Source: Rebecca billardiae RCC1528 | Lineage: Eukaryota; Protista; Haptophyta | DNA length: 64,000 nt | NCBI GenBank assembly: GCA_965240325.2 | Contig: OZ251227.1 | Coordinates: 1,798,001-1,862,000 of the forward strand | Direction of reading: 5' to 3' | Shown: positions 56,413-64,000 of the stretch, piece by piece | Layout: each line of letters begins with the position of its first letter | How positions within the stretch are numbered: position 1 is the stretch's first letter | Made by a program: the position numbers and the translations under genes | Notes under the pieces: model-generated | Database searches by the model: none | What the model was told of the DNA's origin: nothing | Seen by the model: the letters and a program-made list of their open reading frames with translations, nothing else

Positions 56413-58278
56413 ATGGGCTCCTGTGCCAGCGCCCCCGCCTCACCTGACACGCCTCGCAGCTACATCCTGCCGCGGGGTGCCTCGAGGAGCGATGGTGCCT
56501 CCCAGTCTGCTCCGGTGATGCTCACGATGACGGTCCAGATCCCGCCGAACGCCGTCCCCGGCCAAGTCCTCGACGTGGTCGCGCCGGACGAGCGCGTGTT
56601 CCGCGTGCCCGTCCCACCCGGCCTCGCGCCGGGGAGCACGTTCCAGTACCAGTACCCGCCGATCGACGCTCCCGATCCGCGTATCGTGCAGACGGACATG
56701 GGCCCGGCCTGGTACGTCTCGCCGACAGAGCGCCAGGTGGTCAAGCTCATGGCTGTCGAGACTGGGAGCGCGGCGGAGACCGTCGTTTCGGACGAGCTGG
56801 CGCAGCCCACACGGCCGCCATTCGGCCGTGCGCCCGACGATCGAATCACCTACTTCGTGGTGCGCGCGCCGCAGAGCACGACTACGGGCTCCATCGTCGA
56901 GTTCCGACACTCCACGCAGTCGCAAGCCGCAGAGGCTGGAGGTGCGCGCGCCAGGCCCCCGCGTGCGCAGCCTGCAAATACGCGTGCGCGTGCGCGTTTC
57001 GCGCTCCTCGTGCGCTGCGCGGGCGGGCGGGTCCCACGGGCGTGCGCTCGCGATAGCAGCCGATGCACGTCGCACGCGCTGGATGGAGCGGCGCCACCAC
57101 CTCGCGAGGGTGCGCCTCGCCGCCAACCTTGCGCGCGTGCGCTCGGCGCCCCGTCCGCGCTCGCCGCGCCTATCGCGCCCATCCCGCGTGGTTGCGTGGC
57201 TGCAGCGTCGCCAGCGGCCGCCGGCAGCGTGGCCGCCGGCAGCGTGGTCTCCAGCTCCACCCTCGTCGTGCCCGAGGGCGTGCCGACCGCGCCGGGCACG
57301 CTCTACGTCACGCCGGTGCTGACGTCGGCCAGGGCCAGAGCCCGGCCCGCGGGCGCTGCGCAGGCCGCCACGGCACCGGCGGCGGCGGCCGCCGCCGACC
57401 AGTCTTTGAGAAGGTTCTACGCGTTTGTGCTGCTCGCGCCCGCCGTCGGCTGTGCGGTCGGGGCGGCGGCGCTGCCTGCGCACAGTGCGGGCTCGGGCTT
57501 CTCGTCCGGCTCCCTGAAGGTGGTGCTCTTCGCAGTGGCCGTCAGCTGCGCTCTCATCTCCCTCCATCTGGGCCTGCTCAACTCGTCGGTCCCCCTCGCG
57601 CTCCCGCCGCGCGGCGGCGCGCTGCGCGGCCGGATCCGCGCGGTCGGCGTGGCGACGGGCTGGGGGCGAGGCCTCGCGCGCGTGCTGAGCGGCGGCAACT
57701 GGGGGGCGCTGCGGCGCGAGCATGCCCGCGCGCCCCCCCACATCCGCACGGGCGTCATGCGCGTCACAGGGACCGCCCTCGACGGCATCGGCTCGGCGGG
57801 TGGGACCACCGCCTGGTCTCGGCGACGCGGCGGGGCCACGGCCGCCGTGGCCGCCGTTGGCATGGCAGGGGCAGGCGTCGTGGTGCTGCGCTACGGCGGA
57901 GCGTGCGCCGGAATGCGCGGCGAGACGTACGACCACTTCGACCTCGGTGACCTGGACGACGCCGGCGACGGCGAGGATGGCGGCGGTGGCCTGGATGCTG
58001 ATGGTGGCGGCTTCGCAGCCGATGGCGGCGACGCAGGCGACGGCGGCTTCGGCGGAGGCGATGGAGGCGGCGCCGGCGGTTTCGGGGGGTGGGGTGGCGG
58101 AGCAGCCGATGGCGGCGACGCAGGCCACGGCGGTTTCGGCGGAGGTGATGGAGGCAGCGCCGGCGGTTTCGGGGGGTTGGGGGGCGGAGCAGGCGGCGAC
58201 GGCGGTTTCGGGGGGTTGGGTGGCGGAGATGGCGGAGGAGGTGATGGTGGCGGAGATGGTGGTGGCGATGGTGACTGA
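56413..58278 (+). CDS. Putative N-myristoylated membrane protein with Gly/Asp-rich C-terminal repeats
   Basis: MGSC start, VQIPPNAVPGQ...VPVPPGLAPGSTF modules, 2-3 TMs and a GGFGGGDGG tail. Probably one intron starting near 56942 (GTGCGC). Confidence 0.65.
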   Translation: MGSCASAPASPDTPRSYILPRGASRSDGASQSAPVMLTMTVQIPPNAVPGQVLDVVAPDERVFRVPVPPGLAPGSTFQYQYPPIDAPDPRIVQTDMGPAWYVSPTERQVVKLMAVETGSAAETVVSDELAQPTRPPFGRAPDDRITYFVVRAPQSTTTGSIVEFRHSTQSQAAEAGGARARPPRAQPANTRARARFALLVRCAGGRVPRACARDSSRCTSHALDGAAPPPREGAPRRQPCARALGAPSALAAPIAPIPRGCVAAASPAAAGSVAAGSVVSSSTLVVPEGVPTAPGTLYVTPVLTSARARARPAGAAQAATAPAAAAAADQSLRRFYAFVLLAPAVGCAVGAAALPAHSAGSGFSSGSLKVVLFAVAVSCALISLHLGLLNSSVPLALPPRGGALRGRIRAVGVATGWGRGLARVLSGGNWGALRREHARAPPHIRTGVMRVTGTALDGIGSAGGTTAWSRRRGGATAAVAAVGMAGAGVVVLRYGGACAGMRGETYDHFDLGDLDDAGDGEDGGGGLDADGGGFAADGGDAGDGGFGGGDGGGAGGFGGWGGGAADGGDAGHGGFGGGDGGSAGGFGGLGGGAGGDGGFGGLGGGDGGGGDGGGDGGGDGD

Positions 58279-58453
58279 GCAGCAGGCTCGTCGAGCATCA
58301 ACGCAGTATGCATGCGATACTCTAGCGCTGACTCTCCGCGCAGGAAGTCGCCGGCGACTGCGCCAGTCGGCAGGATATATATATAGAGAATATAGAATAT
58401 GCCTAATAACCGTACATGATTGATGGGCGGGGTATTCTTTGTCGTAACTTTGC

Positions 58454-58502
58454 TATATATATATACATACATATATATATATATATATATATGTATAGCA
58501 GA

Positions 58503-58534
<32 letters not shown>
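58454..58534. repeat. (TA)n/(AG)n microsatellites at a convergent junction
   Basis: Directly visible. Confidence 0.9.
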
Positions 58535-58537
<3 letters not shown>

Positions 58538-58604
58538 ACTACGACATAGTAGCCGCGCGTCGTATAGTCGTCATACTCATATCGATCGGATCGTCGACTC
58601 GTCA

Positions 58605-60007
58605 TCAGCCCTGTCGCCTGTCGCCGACAATCTGCGCCCACTGCCGCTGCCGCTCGACCACGGACGCCACGCGCGCGCGGTGCTCGTCTCCCACCGTCGA
58701 GCGGTCCGCCGGCGATGCCGTTTGCGCGGCGCGCCCATCGAAGTAGGGCGAGCTCGAGGCGTGAGCACCGTCGCGCGGTCCACCCCACGCCGGCGCGAGC
58801 GCACCGCCGCCGTGCGCGCCGGCTGCCTTGGCGGCGGCCGCGAGCTGAGCGGCCTGTGGGACGTTGGGCGTGCGCGCTGGGCTCAGGGGCGAGACCGCGC
58901 GCACGTGCTGCGCGCCGCCGTGCGTTGCGCTGCTCGTATTCAGCGCGCTCGGCGCCGCAGGGGCGAGCGCACGCCGCCGCGGCGAGCGCGCGCCCGCGCC
59001 CGGCTGCGCCGCGGCGCGCAGAGGTGAGGCGGCGCGCTCGGCTGGCGCGGGCGAGCGGCTGCGGTGGCCACCGGCCGGAGCGGCGTGTTGGTGCGCGGCG
59101 AGCTCGCGCTCCTTCGCCTCGAGGGCTGCGGCGTGCTGCGCCGCCTCGCGCGCGAGGTGCTCCCGGATCGCCGCCACGTGGCCGCTGTATTCATCGATGG
59201 TGGCTTGCAGCATGGCTGCCGCCGGCGTGGCGGGGCGCGCACGCACAAGCACCCGAGCGCGCGGCGCGGGCGCGCGGCACGCGCTCAGCCGAGGGCACGC
59301 GCGCGCCGGCGTGGCACGCTCGCGCCGCGACGCGCGCGGCCGCGCGCGGAGCCGGGCGCGTGTGCCTCGGCGCTCGCGCACTCGCGTCGCGCGCGCGCGC
59401 GCGCGCGCGCGCACCCGCGCTCTCGGCTTGGTGCGCCGCCACGGCCTCCGCCACCGCCCGGTCTGCGCGCACGCGCACCGCGCGGCCGAGAGCGCGCGCG
59501 ACCTCGGACGCGTCGGGCTCGGCGGCGGAGACGGAGGCGAGCACCGCGGCGCGCGCCGCCGCCGCGCCGGCCGGGTCGACGAGCGCGCCGCCGCCGTCGC
59601 CGCCCGGCGCGCCGCTCGGCGGCGGCGCGAGCGCATCCTCCGCCGCGCGCCGCACGCCGGCCGCGAGAGACTCACACGCGGCGCGCGCGGCGCTCAGCTC
59701 GGCGGCGCGCTTGCTGCGCGCGGCGGAGCGGCGCAGCGCGGCGCGGCGGCGGGGGCGGCGCGGGGACTCAGCGCGGGCGCGCAGCCGAGGGCGGACGCAG
59801 CGCGCGCACGGAGCCCGCGGCTGTCTCGCGGCGCGCGAGCGCTTCGGCGGCGCGGGCGAGTGCTTCCGCGCTCCCGCGCGGTCGCGCCGCGCGCGCGCAC
59901 CGCACGCGCGCCTGAACTCGCCTCGCCGCGGCCGCGCTTGCGCCGTTCGCGTCGTTGCCGCCTGCCGCGCCGGGCGGCGGCGCGCGCGGCAGCGCCGCCG
60001 AGCCGCC

Positions 60008-60049
<42 letters not shown>

Positions 60050-62988
60050 CCGCTGCTGCGCCTCCTGCTGCAGCGCCTCCGCGCGCGCGGCCGCGGCGCG
60101 CGCGGCCTCGGCGCTGCGCGCGGCGTCGGCGCGCGCCGAGCGCACGGCCGCGGCCGCGTCGGCGCGCGCGCGCTCCTCTGCGGCGCGCACGGCGGCGGCC
60201 TGCTCCGCCGCGGCGCCGTCGAGCTTGGCGCGCGCGTCGGCGAGCGCGCGCGCCTTGCGCGCCAGCTCCGCCGCGGCCGCCTTCGCGCGCTCCTCCGCCG
60301 CGGCCGCGGCCGCCGCGGCCGCGCGCTCGGCAGCGGTGGCCCTCTCATAGCCCTCGCGCGCGGCGCGCGCGCCGTGCTCTCGCGCGCGCGCCTCGCGCGT
60401 CGCGCGCGCCGCCTTGGCCTCCGCGTCGGCGGCGGCGGCCTCCGCCTTCTCCGCGCGCGCGCGCGCCTCGCCCAGCGCGCGCGCGCCGCCCTCCGCCTCG
60501 GCGCGCGCCGCCGCCGCGGCCGCGTCGGCGGCGCGCGCGCGCTTGCGCGTCGACGCCAGCTGCGCAGCCGTGTGCGTTGCCGCCTCCGCCACCTCCGCCG
60601 CGCGCGCGGACGCGGCGTCGCGCTCGGCCTCGGCGGCGCTCGCGGCGGCCTCGGCGGCGCGCACGCGCGCGGACGCCGCCGCCTCCGCCTCCGCGCGCGC
60701 GCGCTCCGCCGCGTCCGCGGCCGCCGCCTCCGCGCCGCCCGCGGCGGCCGCGGCGGCCGCGTCCGCGTCCGCGCGCGCGGCCGCGAGCGCGTCCGCCGCG
60801 CGCACACCCTCGGCCTCAAGCGCGCGCGCTTTGGTGCGCAGCGCGTGCGCCTCGGCCATCGCGCGCGCGCCCTCCGCCTGCGCCTCCGACAGCCTCGCCG
60901 CCAGCGCCTTCAGCTCCTCGTCCGAGGCGGCGAGCTCGGCGCCGAGCGCGGCCGCGCGCTCGTCGGCAAGCGAGGCCGCACGCTGCGCGGCGCGCGCGCA
61001 CTCCGTCTGCTGCTCTGCGCGCGCCAGCGCGGCCGCCAGCGCCTCTGCGGCGGCGTGCACGCCGCTCGCGTCGTGCGACGCCGCCGGCGCGGCGTCCGCC
61101 GCGCTGCCCGTCGCCGGCTCGCCGGCCGTGCCCACGCACGCGTCACGCGTGGGCGCGCGGCGCGGCGCGGCGGCGCGCGTCGCGCGTCGCGCGGCCGAGG
61201 CGGCGCGGCGCGCGCGCGCGGTGCGGCGCGCGGCGGCACGCGGCGTGGCGGCGTGCGCGCCGCCCTCGGCCCCGGCCTCCTCCGCGTCCGCGTCCGCGCG
61301 GGCCTCGTCGTCGGTGGGCGCCTCGCTCTCCGACTCGGCGGCCGAGCGCTCGCCCGGCTCCGTCGGCTCCGCCTCGGCGCGCGCGTACGCGCGCGCGGCG
61401 TCGGCGACGGCGGTGGCGCCGTGCGCGCGCGCGGCTGCGTGCATGCTCGCAAGCGCGCGCTGCGCACGCTGCAGCTCGCGCTGCACGGCGCGCGCGCCCT
61501 CGTCGCGCGCCTCCGCGTCGCGCGCGCCGCGCCGCGCCTCCACCTGCGCCACCGCCGCCTCGGCGCGCGCCTCCGCCACCGCCGCGCCCAGCGCCTCCAC
61601 GCGCAGGGCGTGCGCGGCGGCGCGCGCCTCGGCCTCGCGAAGTCGCGCGCGCAAAGCCGTCGCCTCCGCCGCCTCGCCCTCCGCCGCCGCGCCGCCTGCC
61701 CCGGCGTGCGCGCCGCCGGCGTGCCGAAGCGCGCGCAGCTCGCGCGCCAGCGCCGCCGCGTTCTCGCGCGCGGCCGCGGCGCCCGCGCGCGCGTGCGCCA
61801 CCTCCGCCTCCAGCGCGGCGGTGGCGTTGGCGGCGGCGGCCGCGACCATTCCGCCCGCGCCGTGCGCGCGCCGCGCGGGCGAGGGCGGCGCCGCGCGCGC
61901 CTCGGCCGCGCCGCGCTCGGCGCCGAGCACACCGAAGAGCGACCCGACGCGCTCGAGCTGCGCCTGGCACGCGGCGAGCTCAGCCTCGGCCGCGTCCGCG
62001 CGCGCGCTTGCGGACGCCGCGTCGCGCCGCGCCGCCGCCGCGGCCTCGGCCGCGTCCGCGCGCGCGGCGCGCTCGGCGCGCAGCGCGCCCGCGCCCGCGC
62101 CCGCCGCGCTTGCAATCTCGCGCTCGAGATCGCGCGCGCGCGACGCGGCGGCGGCGCCGTCCGCGCGCGCGGCGGCGGCCGCGCGCTCCGCCTCCGCCGC
62201 GCGCCGCTCGGTGGCCTCGAGCGCCGCGCCAAGGGCGGCGAGCCGCTGCGCGCCGGCCTCGGCGCTGGCCTCGGCGGCAGCGACGGCGGCCGGCTCGGCG
62301 GCGGCGCCCGCGAGCGCGCCGCTGTGCGCGGCGCGGGGCGTCCGCGGCAGCAGCGCCGCCGCCGCGTGCGCGCGCGCCGCCTCGGCGTCCGCGCGCGCGC
62401 CGGCGAGCGCGCCGCGCGCCGCCTCCGCCTCCGCCTCCGCCTCCGCCAGCGCCTCTCGCAGCGAGCAGTTCTCCGTGGCCAGCGCCGAGGCGGCGGCGCC
62501 CTCGCCGAGCGCGCCGCCGCGCGCGCCCTCCGCCGTCGCCTCCGCCTCTGGCGCTGCCTCTGCACGCGCCCGCTCCGCGCGCGCGTCCGCCTGCAGCCGC
62601 GCGTGCCGCTCGGCCAGTGCCCCATGCGCCGCCTTCACCAGCGAGTGCCGCTCGTGCGCGGCCGACAGCTCGATGGCCGCCACCTGCCGCGCGGACGCGA
62701 GCTCCGCCGCGCCCATCTCGCGCGCGCTGCGCAGCTCACGACTCAGTCGCTCCGCCTCCGCCCGCGCCGCGCGCAGCTCGGCGCCGCCCGCGCCCGCGTC
62801 CGCGCCGCCCGCGTCGGCGGCGGCGGCGGCGTCCGCGGCGGCGCTCGCGTCCGCGCGCCCGCGCGCCGCGCGCCGCGCCTCGGCCAGCGCGCGCTGGCAG
62901 TGCCTCAGCGCGCTGAGCAGGGCGAGCACGTTGGCGCGCGCGTCGGCGCCGAGCGCGCCGCTCGCGCGCAATGCGGCCTCGGCGCGCG

Positions 62989-63029
<41 letters not shown>

Positions 63030-64000
63030 CCCGCGCCGGCTGCCGCCTCGTCGGCGCGCTCGTCGTCGGCAGCGGCGCGCGCGGCGCGCGGCCGCGACGC
63101 CGGCGCCGCCGCGTGCCGCGCCGCGCGCTCGACGGCGCGCCGCAGCCGCTCGAGCTCCGCAGCCGCCGTCGTCGCGGCGGCGGCCGGGCTGCGAGCCGTG
63201 CCGCGCGCGCGCCGCGCGCCGCCCGGCGTGCGAGTGCGCGCCGCCGCGCCACCGCCGCCGCCGCCGCCGCCCGCGCGGCGCGGCTGCGCCCACCGACCCG
63301 ACGGCGGCGCGTCGGCGTCGGCGTCCGCGTCGGCGTCGTCGGCGTCGTGCTCGGTGTGCGCCTCGTCGGAGTCGGAGTGTGCGCGGACGCGCGCGCCGGC
63401 AGCGCCGCCGTCGCGCAGCTCGGCGGCGGCACCGTCGTCCGCGCCGGCGCGCCGCGCTCGCTCGCGCGAGAGCGCCGCGCGCGCCTCGTCCAGCGCGATG
63501 CGCAGCGCGTCGGCCGCGCGCTCGGCGAGCGCGGCGCGCGCGAGCGGCGGCAGCGCGGCGCGGTCGACGCTGCCGCCGTCCTCGTCCGCAGCGGCGCTCA
63601 GAGCGGTCGGGTCCGAGCTCGCCACAGCGTCAGCCGCCGCGAGGAGACGGCGGCGCAGCGCGGCCGAGTCGGCGTGCGCCGCCGCCGCGCGCGCCTCCGC
63701 CTCCGCCGCCGCGACGCGCGCGCGCACGAGCGCGCGCGCGAGCCGCTCGGCCGCCGCCGCGGCCGGCGGCGCGGCGTGCGCCCCCGCCCGCCCCTGCTGC
63801 TGCGCGCCCGCGCCGCCCGCGCGCATTGCTCCGGCGAGCTCGGCGCGCAGCAGGGCGAGTGCGTGCGCCCTCGCGTCCGCCGCCGTGCGCGCCTCGGCTA
63901 GCTGCGAGCGCGCGGCGCCGAGCTCGGCGTGCAGCGTGGCGAACTCTGCAGCGAGCCAGCCCTCGCGCGCCGCACAGCCCGCGGCCGCCGCCGAGCCCGC
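58605..64000 (-). CDS. Very long Ala/Glu/Arg-rich coiled-coil protein, 5' end beyond the window, spliced
   Basis: More than 1300 codons of heptad-like AEAR-rich sequence in one minus frame, and a terminal exon ATIDEYSGHVAAIREHL...IVGDRRQG*. Exon boundaries at 59.2-60 kb are uncertain. Confidence 0.7.

Noticed and set aside
58715-63901. 1728-aa and 1350-aa plus-strand ORFs, and similar long antisense ORFs at 7247-9604 and 10262-13525
   Set aside because: These are Arg/Pro/Gly-rich shadow frames of real minus-strand genes. Stops are rare at this GC content.

Overview
Eukaryotic nuclear DNA of extreme GC content. Genes are compact and carry short (about 95-220 bp) CG-rich GT-AG introns that almost all begin GTGCG. 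This style suggests a Pavlovales haptophyte such as Diacronema, which is my inference and not verified. About 22 genes are present, mostly as head-to-head pairs: TRAP1/Hsp75, an SP-RING-like/G-patch protein, a small signal-peptide protein, POP5/Rpp14, a Kringle-Patched/NPC1-like giant, an LRR-CaaX protein, a cathepsin-SRCR-TM protein, VPS41, an RraA/HMG-aldolase-KDPG-aldolase fusion, quinone oxidoreductase, tandem dPGM, an atypical SQR, a frameshifted ARM-BTB gene, ALG11, a PAN-cyclophilin-like protein and several unknowns. The most notable region is a lower-GC, intron-less island at about 29.7-37.1 kb. It encodes a BBOX/TauD-type dioxygenase, an acyltransferase-3, a DUF218 protein and a DsyG/DSYE-like SAM methyltransferase, and each gene has one sense-strand copy of the 16-mer CCCGTATCCACCTGTA upstream. 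The window also has two unrelated long inverted repeats (308 and 418 bp arms, both with about 290 bp spacers) lying between divergent genes, several TA-CAGG-ended MITE-like elements, and inverted-symmetric microsatellites at convergent gene junctions.
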